64,000 bases of DNA. Origin: the human T2T-CHM13v2.0 reference genome, Homo sapiens. Below the pieces are notes generated by a model that was not told the origin of the DNA, ran no database searches, and saw nothing but the letters and a program-made list of their open reading frames with translations. The stretch lies in the NCBI GenBank assembly GCA_009914755.4, contig CP068257.2, positions 19,648,001 to 19,712,000 on the forward strand, written 5' to 3'. Made by a program: the position numbers and the translations under genes. This document shows, piece after piece, positions 25,985 to 39,059 of the stretch; within the stretch, counting starts at the first letter, position 1, and each line of letters starts with the position of its first letter.

Positions 25985-28900
25985 TATGTATAGATTCAAA
26001 CTTCCAATTAGCTCATATTCATAAATTATTACATTAAAATTAATGTTAAAGTTATTAGAAAAAAGTATTTTATATTTATCTACATAGTTACTATTCACAA
26101 GGCTTTTCAATACTTTGTGTAAATCCAGATTTCTATCTGGTATAAGTTCCCAGATGCTTGAATGACTTCCTTTAGCATTTCTTGTAGTGCACTTCTGTTG
26201 TTAATGATTCAGTTCACCTACTGTATGTCTGAGAAAACCTTTTTTTACTTTTATATATAAAATACATTTTTGCTGGATATAGAATTCTAAATGAACAGAT
26301 TTTATTTTTTCAGTACTATAAACATTATGAATCATTATGTTTGCCTGAGTTTTTTTAGATACAAACTCCTCTGACATTTTGTTCCTCTGTACATAAAGTA
26401 TCCCATCCAACCAGTCACCCCCAGATTCTTAGAGATTTTTGCTTTATCGCTTTTCTTAAGCAGTGTGGATACATTATACCTTGGTGAAGCTTTCTTCATC
26501 ATACTTGTACCCAGGTTTTGGTGATGACCTTGATTGATCATTTTTAACAAATTTAGAAAAGTTTTAGTCATTAGATGTTCACATATTGTTCTCTGTCCCA
26601 CATTCCTTTGGGACTCCAATTTCACATATATAGGCTACTTGAATGTTCCAACTGATCTTGATCTTATCTTTCATTTTCCGGATAATTTTCAGAAAATAAT
26701 CTTATCTTTCATTTTTGATCATTTTCTTTCCTTTTTTTCCTTTTTGTATTAATTTTTGGATATTCTCTCTTATTACATGTTCTAGTTTACTAATCTTTTC
26801 TTTGGCAATGTTTAATCCACTGTTCATTCTGCTGAAGGCTTCATCTCAGGCACTTTAGCTTTTAATATGTAGACACATGATTTTTAAAATACCTACCCCA
26901 GAACTGAAAATGAAAATAAAAATAAGTTAAATTTCTGTGAAGTCTTCAACATGATCAGTCTTTCATCTAGATTTTTGGTTGCATGGAATGCCATCATAAT
27001 AACTGATTTAATGTTATTGTGTACTATCATCTGTTATTCCTGGGTTAGTTTTTGGCCAATTATATTTTATCCTCATTATATCTTATATTTCCTGCTTCTT
27101 TTCATAATAATTTTAGCATGGATGCTAGATGTTATAAATGTTACCTCTTTATCTGCTGTTTTTTTGTTTTGTTGTTCTTTTCAATATTTTAGACCTTTTT
27201 TTTCTAGAAATACAGATGAACTACTTGGAAACAGTTTAATCCTTCAGTCTGTGCCTTTAAGCTTTGTTAAGTTTGATCAGAATAGCTCTGGACTTTCTTT
27301 GCCCCACCCATGAGATAAGAATGTTTCTGAATTCTTTATCTGTCATGCATTAGGAGTTGATTTTATTCTGGCTCATGAGAGTATGAACTTTTGTTTGCTC
27401 TGTTTGAGCTTGGAAGTTGTTCCTTCCAATTCTTTTGCACAGTTCTTTCCCTGGCCTCAGTTACTTTCCTCTCATGGGTGCACTCATCAGTACTCATCTG
27501 GAGGCTCCAGGGTTAATCACTGCAAATCTCAGGGAATCCTCACTTTGCCATTAAGTCCTGTCTGGCACTGTGGCCTGTGAACTATAGCCAATATCCACTT
27601 CTCTGTACTATTAGCACTACCTCCGCACTCAGAGAGACCTCTAAACTCCAACTGAGATCCTCATTCCTGTGCTGCAATCTAGAAACTCTCTCTAGACAGT
27701 AAGCTGAGACACAGCAGGACTCACCTCATTTCCCCCCATATTTTAGGAATTTCTATTGAATGATTTCATTGACTGATTCACAAAGTCTTGAAAAACAGTT
27801 GTTTTATACAATGTTTCTGACATTTTTAGCTGTTTCAGGTGCTAAGATAAATTGGGTATACGTTTCTGCATCTTGGTTGGAAACTGATATTTTTAGATAT
27901 ATGTTTCAGTACAGCAAACAAAATTTCAGTGTTCTAAGGTTTTGAAAAATGTATCCTAGTAATAGGAAGACCTGACTTCTAAATATTTTAATCTCTCATT
28001 CTGTACTAAACTCAAAGCAATTTCAGATAGCTATGTCTGAATTTCACTTTCTTCCTACTTTATCCATACATCTTGTTCTATAATAAATTATTTTTATTAA
28101 TTAATTACTTTAATTCTCCCTCAGGTTTGCCAGTGAATTTTTAACAGCAGGGTATCACAATGGTTTTTTCAAAATATGTAGCACTATGAACTGAAACATG
28201 GCCCACATTTTAGGTGTCTCAGGAACATGAAGAATATACAACCAGTGCAATCTGAAGTTCATAACAAAGACAAACAGTAGGAAGTGAAGGAATCTTCAGA
28301 ATACTTTGGGTAGATCAGAGCAATGATTTAAAGAAAGAGAAGAGTCTGATGAACTGAAGTAGAAACAGGCATTCCTTGAAGAAGAGTCATGATTCCCTCA
28401 AATAGGCAGAATTAAAAATGTTTTTCTGCTTTAGATCAGGAACTGACTTCTCCAGGAGGATGGGCTGTTTCAGAGTATCAGCTTATTGAATCTGATTGTA
28501 ACTGTTACAAAACACAATGACAATTTTTTAACTATCAATATGATTTTTAATATTTGCATGTTTGTTTTCAAGTTAACATACAGTAAAATTCACTTTTTTA
28601 ATTGTAGAATTCTATGAATTTTAACGTATACATAGATTCATCTTGGCTCTACTACAGTCAGTATACAGAATTGTTCTTTCACCCCAAATCACTCTCTAAT
28701 CCCTTTATAGTCACTTCCTCTTTCAACCTCTAAACTCTGACAACCACCACTTCTTTCCCTGCCATTATAATTTTATCTTTTCCAGAGTGCCATATTAGCA
28801 CAGCTTTAGAACAGCTTTATAGTAAGTCCCACAGTTGAGACCTACTTCTCAGGAAATATTTCTTTCAAAATATCACAGTGCACTGGCAATGCACTTAAAA

Positions 28901-29224
28901 TCAGGTAGTATCATTTATCCAACTGTTCTTTTACAAAAGGTTCTAGAAATTATAATTTATTTGCCTTCCATTGAAAGTTTCACAACAATTTGTCTACACA
29001 AACATATCAAGCTGGGATTTTAATCACAATTGTAAAGGAGCTTTATATTAGTTTTAAAAGAATTTTACTTTTTTTCTATCTTGAGTCTACAAATATATTA
29101 ACATGGTATATATTTTTGTTGTTGTTGTTGGCCTAGTGTTTGGGACATCAATATGCTTTTGTTAAATGAATGAACGAATAACAAAAATGACTTTATGCAA
29201 AAGATGGTTACAAATATGGGGCAT

Positions 29225-29529
29225 TTTTTTTTTTTTTTTTTTTTTTGAGACGGAGTCTCACTCTGTGGCCCAGGCTGGAGTGCAATGATGCAATCTCCGC
29301 TCACTGCAAGCTCTGCCTGCTGGGTTCACGCCATTCTCCTTCCTCAGCCTCCTGAGTCGCTGGGACTACAGGCACCCGCCACCACGCCCAGCTAATTTTT
29401 TTGTATTTTTAGTGGAGACGGGGTTTCACCGTGTTAGCCAGGAGGGTCTCGATCTCCTGACCTCGTGATCCACCCACCTCAGCCTCCCAAAGTTCTGGGA
29501 TTACAGGCGTGATCCACTGCGCCCGGCCC
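29225..29529 (-). mobile_element. Alu (AluY/Sc-like), reverse orientation, full length.
   Basis: Poly-T then gagacggagtctcactctgtggcccaggctggagtgcaatg...ggttcacgccattctcct...ggcgtgatccactgcgcccggccc. Confidence 0.9.
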
Positions 29530-29559
29530 ATGGTATGACTTCTTATTTACTAAAGTCTT

Positions 29560-32500
29560 CTTTTGTTTCCGTTATCAGATCCTTGTAGTTTTCAACATTC
29601 AGATATCATACATAAATTTTGCTTGATTGGTACCTAAGTGTGATAGTTTTGGAGCTGTTGTACATTTTTTTAAAAAAAATTTTGGTTTCCAAATGTTTAT
29701 TGCTAATATGCATATGAGATTTGATTTGGGGTGTTTTTCTTTAATCCTTTGACTGTGTTACACTCAACAATTAGTTCTAGCAATATTTTTGAAGGTTCCT
29801 TGAGTTTATATTGTATATAACAATCTATTTCTAATTTCTGCAAATTGGAAAAGATTTCTTTCTTTTCTGACTGTACGTCTTAAATCTATTTTTACTTGAG
29901 TGCTGTGTTGTTCTTTCAGCATGAGGTTTAATAGGAGAGCTGACAGCGAATTTCCTTACTTGCTCCCAGTCTTACAGATAAAGTATTCACTTCTTTACCT
30001 ATATATCAATGTTAGGTCTAAATTTTTTGGCAGGTGTTTTTCATCATGATAAGGAAGTCTTCCTTTATTCATAGTTTGCTCAGAGATTTTATCATGAGTG
30101 GATGAGGAATTTTGTTGTTTTTTTGTTTTAGCATCAACTCATGTTATTACATGATTTTTTCTTTAAACTGTTAAGTTGGATAAATTAATTGAGTATTGAT
30201 TAATATGCTTAATATAGTTAATATAATTTAATAATACTCAATATACTTAATATAATTTAATTATCTTCAATTAATTTATCCACCTAACAGTTTAAAGAAC
30301 AATTATTTAATAATATTAGGTTCAGAGGTTTCTGAAGCTCTATTCATTAATGTCATATAATTAAATTATATTAATACTCAATTAATCTATCCAACCTAAC
30401 ACTTTAAAGAAACTGTTTGCTGATAACAGTATTGTGTCAGCCTTATATTCACAGGAAAAAGAAAAAAAAACTTAATGTTGATATATTTCTATTTACAGCT
30501 AGATTTTTTTTCTAATTTTTTAATAAAAGCACCTATTTTCATGAAATATTGGTATGTAGGTTTATTTTCTTGTACCATATATGACATGTTAAATTATCAG
30601 CATAATGCTGTGTTCATAAAAATGGGTTGAAAAACATTCCCTCCTCTTATATTTTCTGAAAGAGATTTTACAGAAATGCTATTGTTTCTTCTTTAAATAT
30701 TTTTTAAATTCAACAGATAAACTGAGTCTGAACATTTCCTTTCAGGAGACTTTTGATTTATCTTTAAATAAATGTATTTTTTATATTTCTTTAATAATTA
30801 TAGGATTGTTTTTGTTATATATTTTATTTTGAGTAACTTTGTGGTTTCTGATTTTCAAGGATGTGGTTCGTATTTTCAACATTGATAAGTTTGTGTGCAT
30901 AATGTTATCTGGATTTTTTTAAATATTTTTATTAGCTGTACAATCTGTGCTGATATCTCTTCTTTCAATCCTGATATTGGCAATATGTGTCATCTCTCCT
31001 TTTTTCATCCTGAGTCTTGCTGGAGGTTTAATCATTGTATTCTTATTCCAAATAAACTTCATTTAAAAAAATTTTCTCTATTTTGTTCTGTTTTCAATTT
31101 CATTATTATCCTTTTATTTTATATTGTTTTCTTCCTCCTGCTTAATTTTTGCTTATTTTGCTCTTGTTTATCTAGTTTATTAGGCTATCCCAAAGAGTAA
31201 TTGTGAATTTGTTCCAATTTTTTTTGTCTGTCAGATTTTGCTTTATATATTTTGAAGCACTTTTTCAAGTTGAATGCACATGTAGGATTGTCATATTTTC
31301 CTGCTTAATTGGCCTTTTTATCATTATGTAATATTCTATTTTACATCTTTTAATTTCATTTGTTCTGAAACCTACATTTTCTGATATTGACATAGCCACT
31401 GCAGCTTTCTTTTGATTAACATTTGAATGGCATATTTTTTCTATTGTTTTTATTTTATTCTAGTTTTATCATTACATTTCAAGTGATTTCTTATAGACAG
31501 CATATAGTTAGGTTATATTTTATTCATTATGCCAGTTTCTGTGTTTTTATTCATGAAATTAAGCCATTTACACTTCATTCAGATTTACACATCATTCATT
31601 TAAAATGTTATTTTAGTCTGTTCTTTTTGTCTTTCATTCTTCTATTTTCCCTGCTCTAAATTCTTGATTATTGAACATTATTTAGAATTGTATTTTACTG
31701 TATCTATAATGTTTCTGGCTATATCTGTTTTCACAATTTGTGGGGAGGGGGTGTTGCCGTTGTAATTCAATGTCCCTATTTAAGTTAGAATCAATGTTTA
31801 CCATTTCAATTTGAATGTAGAAAGTATAGCATCATATAGGTCCCTACATCTTCTCTTTATATCATACTTTTCCTGTGTATTATACCTCCATTCATTGAAA
31901 ATTCCATCAGAGAATTTGTTTTATTCTTTCAACCATTAAATTACTTTAAATAACTTAAAAAGTGAATAGTGTGACATATTTCTCAGATATTTACCGTTTG
32001 TAACTCACGTTTTATTTCTGGAGTTTGATGTTTCCTTTGATTTAATTTCTTTTCTCTTTTAGAAGGCGCCTTGAGCAATTCTTTTGTATCAGGTCTGCTG
32101 GTAGAAATTGTAATAGTTTTCCTTTACCTTCATGTCTGAAGGGGATTTTGCTGAACATAGACCTTGCTTTGACAGGTGTGTTCTTTCAGAACTTTATAAA
32201 TTTTGTTTCATTTCCTTTTGGCCTTAATGATTTCTGGTCAAAAAATTCAGTCATGTGAATCATTCTTCTCCTATAACTATTGCATATTTTGGTGTTTGTA
32301 TATTTTTGGTTTTTAGAAGTTTGATTATGATGTGCCTCAACATGAACTGTTTTGGGTTTTTCTTGGGTTCGATGCTGTTGGCCTATTTGAGAAGTTTTCA
32401 GATGTCAGATGCATTGATACATATACATATGTACACGTATATACCTACATTATTTTGTCCTGGTCGTCTTTCTCTTTTCCTTCTTGGATTTCATGACATT

Positions 32501-33000
32501 TTGGTAGTGTCTAAGAAGTTCCTGAAGTCTATTCACTTTTTCCTTTAATATGTTTCCTTTTGTTTTCAAAATTGGATAACTTCCATTTGTAATTCTTTAT
32601 GTTTGATAACTCTCTCTGTCAATCAATTCAGCACATCCATGAATTTTGTTGTTGTTGTTGTTGTTAACATAAGTAGAATGCTAATATTTATTTGGGGTTT
32701 TAAAAATATATCGTATGTCTTTGGAGAGACTTTCTATATTTCCATTTATTTCACCTAATTATTTAGAACATGTTTTAAACAGTTGCTTTAAAATAGCTTT
32801 TAGATAATCCAACATGTGTCAGCATGCCATTGGCATTTCCAATGACATGATTTTCCTAGTTCTTAACAGGTAAAACAATAGATTATCTTTAGGACTTTGA
32901 ATATTACATAATCAGACTCTGGATCTTATTTCAGTATTACGGAAAATGCTCACTTTTTTTGTTGTTTTTGTAGGCAATCAGTTTGTTTAGATCAGACAAC
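29560..33000 (-). mobile_element. Block of ancient L1 (L1M-like) ORF2-derived sequence, reverse orientation, interrupted.
   Basis: Long AT-rich stretches resembling the reverse complement of L1 ORF2, e.g. ...tcttaaatctatttttacttgagtgctgtgttgttctttcagcatgaggtttaatagg... The boundaries are approximate. Confidence 0.4.
30161..30409. repeat. Inverted-repeat (MITE-like) structure. The left arm 30161-30206 is reverse-complementary to 30368-30409, and partly to an inner copy at 30269-30298.
   Basis: Left arm ctttaaactgttaagttggataaattaattgagtattgattaatat. Right arm atattaatactcaattaatctatccaacctaacactttaaag equals the reverse complement of the left arm with about 4 differences. The inner arm is caattaatttatccacctaacagtttaaaga. 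Confidence 0.7.
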
Positions 33001-34149
33001 AAATTCTGACCATCTTTCTTGGTTTTATATTCAGACGCCATTTTCATTACCTTTCAGTGACTGTCAGATCTGTCCTGCATGTGTACCAATGGCCATTCCA
33101 GGACCCATATGGAGGTTTACCTTTTAGTTAAATTCACAAAATCTTAGCAATGTTTAGAATCCGATTCAATAAGCACAGGTCAGGACAGAGCTCAAGATTT
33201 CCTAAAGAACTTGCTGTGGATGCCTTCCTAAGACCTTCCTACTCTATGATCTCTGACATACTTTCCTATTTCTTAGGTCACCACTTTTTAGTCCCCTGGC
33301 CAGAAAGCTGCGATCTTATTTATCTCTCTCTGCCCCAACTATGGCCTTATTCTGGTTCAACTGATGAGATTAATGAGGAGGATAAAAGCAATGGGAGATT
33401 TTGCTCTTAGGACTACAGTTTATCTGATTGAAGAAGAATGTCATCTCTCAGAGAACTGGGTGTTTGCAGCTTTCCTCTGTTGACATTGTCACTGCCAGAT
33501 TTCCTTCCTGCTTCCTGAGTCTGAACTGGAAGGCTTCTCTTTCTTGGACATTTCTAGAGCAGTGTTGATGACAACTTCTGGGTTTTGTGATGCCTTCAAT
33601 CCAGGCCATGGAATTCTGAAAAGAAAATTGTTATCTCACAGTTTGTCTGGTGATATTTTAAATTCTGTTATATTTCTTAATAGCAATATGTCTGCTGCGA
33701 TTTACTTTTAAGAGTCTTCAAATAGATGACATACATATTCTATCCAAATATATTGGTCATATTAAGTGGGGAGATAGGACACTGCAAGATGTCTCGAATT
33801 AATCCAGAACTGGAATTCTGTGATTACTTTTAAACTTGTTGACATATATATGATCAGAGCCTTATTTAAACAATAAGGAATTAATATATATATTAACAAA
33901 GTGATTTTCAGATGCTTACTTTTTTATTGATATTTAATTGATCACTTCAGTGTGACTTTGAACATTTAGCCCACACTTTAGGATTCTTACTGCCTTTTGA
34001 AAGCTGTGTATTTAAAGCCATACTTTTCTTAGTTAATGGGATAAAAAGTAAAAGATTTATAGGGGAGAAAAATGAAAGTAGTTCCAATTATTTCTTTCTG
34101 GCAGTTTATCAAAGGTGGAAATAATGCTGTTCTTACAAAATTTGTTATT

Positions 34150-34262
34150 TTATTTACTTTTTTATTATTATACTTTAAGTTCTAGGGTACATGTGCACAA
34201 CGTGTAGGTTTGTTACATATGTTTACATGTGCCATGTTGGTGTGCTGCACCCATTAACTTAC
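34150..34262 (-). mobile_element. Short 3'-end fragment of a young-ish L1, reverse orientation.
   Basis: T-rich tail then tatactttaagttctagggtacatgtgcacaacgtgtaggtttgttacatatgtttacatgtgccatgttggtgtgctgcacccattaactt. Confidence 0.7.
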
Positions 34263-34421
34263 TTTAAAAACATGCAATAATAACTTGCCAAAATTGAAAC
34301 ACCAGATCATATATTTATTTTTTGTATTATTAAGATGTTACAGTAAAATGACCAGTTTTAAAAACCAAGATGACCCTTTCTCCAACATCTCCATCATCTT
34401 CCAATTTTATCTTTTATTCTT

Positions 34422-34729
34422 TTTTTTTTTTTTTTTTTTGAGACAGAGTCTCACTCTGTTGCCCATGTTGGAGTGCAATGGTGTGATCTCGGCTCACTAC
34501 AACCCTACAACCTCTGCCTCCCAGGTTCAAGTGATTCTCCTGCCTCAGCCTCCCAAGTTGCTGGCATTACAGGTGCCTACCACCACGCTCAGCTAATTTT
34601 TGTACTTTTAGTAGAGACAGGGTTTCACCTTCTTGGCCAGGCTGGTCTCAAACTCCTGACCTCAGGCGATCTGCCTGCCTCAGCCTCCCAAAGTGCTGGG
34701 ATTACAGGCGTTAGCCACCGCGCCCGGCC
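34422..34729 (-). mobile_element. Alu (AluS-like), reverse orientation, full length.
   Basis: Poly-T then gagacagagtctcactctgttgcccatgttggagtgcaatgg...ggcgttagccaccgcgcccggcc. Confidence 0.9.
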
Positions 34730-35436
34730 ATATTTATTCTTGATATATAAATAAAACAAATATAGCCCCTGTATATTGGTCCTTGGACCATTAGCACATA
34801 AACCCCCCGGTGCCAAATTCAAAAATTTACACATCCGACTGTTTTAAATTACCCTGCATAAGCCTATTTTAAACATTTACAATCAGCCTGCTTTGGAAAC
34901 TGCAAAACTGCACCTAACTTCTGCTAGCCATACACAAACTCCAAGGGCAATACAAGACACCAAGCCCACAGCTGCCCTTCTACCTTCTGAGAGAGTCTGA
35001 GAGACGCTGCTGTACTGCTGAGTGACATCACGTGGACACATTATCCCCCTCTCAGATTCTTCACTCTTCCAGGAGTTTCCTTCCCCTTCTCCCACTCTCT
35101 GAGTGGTGACTGGACATGGTGTCTTTAAACAGCCTCCTGCTATCAGGAACTTCCAATGTCAAGCAACTTGTATGAGTAGCACCTAAGTCAAACTCATTAT
35201 GTGTTAATGCCTCCTATCATCATAAGTTTTTCCTTGATGAGTCCTGAAATCTTCACACTTACTTATACTTTCCAACAGATTATTTTCTGCAGAATTTTGC
35301 AAAAATGAGTACTACCAACTCTAAAAATACGTTCTGAAATCTTACACCTTTAGATTACTTTTAAATATACATCATGACTTTTATTATACATTATTTTTCT
35401 TATAAGTTTTATATGATTCTTAAAATTAATTAATTA

Positions 35437-35716
35437 TTTTTTTTTGAGATAGAGTCTTGCTCTGTTGACCAGGCAGTGACACAATCACAGGTCACTACAA
35501 CCTCGACTTCCCAGGCTCAAGCTATCCTCCCATCTCAGCCTCTTAAATAGCTGGGAGTACAGGCACACACCATCCTATCCTGCTAATTTTTTCTATTTTT
35601 TTGTAGCGACAGGCTCTCATTATGTTTCTCAGGCTCATCTCAATCTCCTGGGCTCAGGTGATTCTCCTGCCTCAGCCTCCCAGATCGCTGGGATTACAGG
35701 TGCGAGCCACCAGGCC
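35437..35716 (-). mobile_element. Alu (older, AluJ-like), reverse orientation.
   Basis: tttttttttgagatagagtcttgctctgttgaccaggcagtg...cgctgggattacaggtgcgagccaccaggcc. More diverged than its neighbours. Confidence 0.85.
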
Positions 35717-36877
35717 TTGACTTCTTTTTAAACTTGAATTACCAACTTGTATTCTAGTCCATTTTGTACCCCAGGTGGTCCCAAAACTTTTCTTTAATGT
35801 ATAGGTTGACATAAAACAGGTGAATTCTCAGATCAGTTTCTGCAATCAGTCTTTCCTGATATATTTTAGAACCTGAGAAAGACTTTTGGATAAGGAGATA
35901 ATTGAACTTTTTCTCCATTAGCACAATCCAGTAGCTGACTTTCTCAAAAGAAAATCCATCTGCACACAGATACATGGTTGGAAAAGGGGTGACCCAAGAG
36001 AGTTTCTGAAAGGTGTTTGGGACCTCAAGGTTTCTTGAAATACTCTGAGGGCCTTTCATGTAGAATATTGTTAACTGTAGAATATACGCTGAAAGAATAT
36101 AAAAATTGCCATGTTTAGTGGTGAAATTAACTTTCAAGAATTAAAGGAACATTCAAGCTTGAATTTATTTATTTATATATTTATTGACTTGAGAGATCTT
36201 CCATATTAACTATGGCCTTTTATTTAATTATTATCTCATACTGTGGAAAGACTTCTTTTGACAAAAATAAAGTCACAGTAATGTTTTACCTCCTTTCAAC
36301 TGTAACTTTTCACTTAGATTTTATTTAATAAGCCCTTTAGATTGGTGGTAAAATGTCGTAGACATCTAGTGATGGATTAGCTTTAGTAAATTGTATTAAA
36401 AAATCTATTAACATTTTTATTTTTATGTTTTTTAATTTGTTCATTTATACTTCTCTGATTATAAAAATAATCCAATGTTAGTATAGAAAATTGTATAATG
36501 TCTACTGAGGACATTTCAAAAGAGCTGATTATATTCTTAAATCAACATATTAAATATTCATTTACCACTTTACCTATGAATTTCAATTATGGTTAATTAA
36601 ATATAGAATTTATTATGTAAACAAATGCTGTAATAGATATGTATCTGGTCATATTTGGCCAGGTGACTTATACTTGCCCAATAGTGTATCCACAGGGTTT
36701 GGAATACTGATCAGTTTGAGTAAGAGTGAAGACTTATTTATATATTGACATAAATATGTCTCTTACATGTAATGTCAGCTTGATAAAAGAAACAGAATAC
36801 AGAAGCAGGCGTATTTTTAAAAGAAAGAAAAAATATTGAAATATTAATCAATATTTGCATAAATAAATGCATATGCT

Positions 36878-37029
36878 GGCCAGGCTCTGTGAGACACTCC
36901 TGAGGCAGGAGTACTGCTTGAGCCCAAGAGTTGGAGACTGCAGTGAGAGGCTATGATCACACCACTGCATGTCAGCTTGGGTGACAGAGGGAGACCCTGT
37001 ATCAAAAAGAAAAACAAACAAAAAAAAAT
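36878..37029 (+). mobile_element. Partial Alu (right arm plus A-rich tail), direct orientation.
   Basis: ggccaggctctgtgagacactcctgaggcaggagtactgcttgagcccaagagttggagactgcagtgagaggctatgatcacaccactgcat...aaaaacaaacaaaaaaaaa. Confidence 0.75.
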
Positions 37030-37247
37030 GCAAGCACAGTCAGCTCTTCATATTCGTGGTCTTACACTGGTGTTTTCAACCAATTTGGATGGAAAATATT
37101 TTTTAAAATAGCAATAAAATTAACAATACAAAAATGAAAACATACAAATAAAGAACAATATAGTATAACAACTATCTGAGGGAGTTCCTAGAATCAATCC
37201 TCTGTGAATACGAGTTAACAACTGTAATTAATAAAAATAACTAACCA

Positions 37248-37551
37248 AGGCCAGTGCAGTGGCTCACGCCTGTAATCCCAGCACTTTGGGAGGCCAACAC
37301 AGGTGGATCACGAGGTCAAGAGTTTGAGACCAGCCTGGCCAACATGGTGAAACCCCATCTCTACTAAAAACACAAAAATTAGCTGGGCATGATGGCGCGT
37401 GCCTGTAGTCCCAGCTGCTCAGGAGGCTGAGGCAGGAGAATCACTTGAACCCAGGAGGCAGAGGTTGCAGTGAGCTGAGATCATACCACTGCACTCCAGC
37501 CTGTCCGACAGAGTGAGACTCCATAAGAACAAAAAATAAACAATAATAACT
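37248..37551 (+). mobile_element. Alu (AluS/Y-like), direct orientation, full length.
   Basis: ggccagtgcagtggctcacgcctgtaatcccagcactttgggaggcc... TSD aataactaacca(a)gg at 37234-37248 and 37546-37560. Confidence 0.9.
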
Positions 37552-39059
37552 AACCAGGAAAATGAAAAGGTCAATAATTTTAGTTGCCTCTTATTTTTTT
37601 TTTTATTTTTGATCTTGTACATATGATCTACGCAAAAAGCCAATTTAAAAGAAACATAATAATCAGGTTCCTTTGGCAAATAATTAGAAAATGGAGAAAA
37701 GCGTAATTATGAAAATGCAACAAAGCATCAGTTAACAATTTTTCATTGTTTTTGTACTTGCTGTCTAAGGAAGGAAATACTTATTTGATTAAACTGCTGA
37801 TTCCTCTTATATTAACTTTCACTAAGAATGTAATCGTAAATGCCAATGGAACCTTTTTTTGATTTTTCTTAAACCAACTTAATGAGCCAAATTTGATCCT
37901 CACGCTTCTACAGTCTGATGGTACTATATAAAGCCTTTACTGTGTTGTTCAGATAGGTTTGATTTTAGAAGTCAGTACTCAGTACCTTATGGCAGTTAGG
38001 TCACGGCTTTACTATATTCACAAATTAGGAACAACCATGTGGAAAATGCCCAAAATTTGCTATTCGTCAAATATGCATAGAAATGCTCTATTGATTAGAT
38101 TTTGTAACAAGACGGATATACCAAATCAGTTGACACTGAAGATTGAAGACCACTCAGCTACATTTGTTTAAAAAGAATTGTATGTACGTATTTAGTTTAT
38201 AGTAATCAGGAAGATAGACTTTTTTTTTCCAAACGAAATTATAAAATTATTGTTCCTTATGCCCATCATTTTATACTTTGCATTTTTAAATTTTGTATGC
38301 ATTTTGAGTTCCAGAAAAGTATTCTCATTAAATAGCACTTTAAATTGATCACCCTCATAAATTCAGAATGGAGGACTATGACAATTAACCAGAAGCAATA
38401 TTAATGAAAATTGAGAGCTGTTAGATCATATTACAGCATTTGCAGCAGTAGGGAAGAGCAGAACATACAAATTTTTAAAAAAAGAAAACAGATGGATTTC
38501 ATTGATGCCTGATATGACTATATGAAAGTAACAATTTCATGATCAAAATCATGATGAATGCATTCTCCATAATTGAGATGTCTTATTGTATATTGAGAGG
38601 CTATATAATATTAAAATACTAGTCATTCTTTACCTCATATAAGCAATTAAGTATTTGAAAAATTGTCAAAGATGTAAATTGAAAAATGAGGGTACTTCAT
38701 TTGTTATCAAAGGAAGGTTCTTAAAATTAACTGAAAACATGTAATTTCTTACTATCCATGAGTAATAAAAATAGCTTTGCAAATGTGGCTTCCCAGGTGT
38801 TTCACTTTTCTAACTTCATATAATAAAATGCAATGGAAAGAGATGTGTTAATGAAATTATGGGAAGACCCAAAGAAATAAACTAATTTGCTTTTCATGCA
38901 GACTGAGAATATAAATAGAGAATGTTAGAACTATCAAATAACTTTGGTGTTAATCTGCTCTATCTATTCTCTTGGCCAGGAACCAAGATCACTTCTGTGA
39001 CTTTCTAATGGACACACAGCCCTAAATGTAAAATCATTTTTCTGATGATTAGTGATAAC

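Noticed and set aside
26951-27313. 120-aa + ORF plus neighbouring ORFs in 26500-27600.
   Set aside because: The region resembles diverged old L1 sequence in reverse orientation and is T-rich. The ORFs are hydrophobic low-complexity translations with no exon signals.
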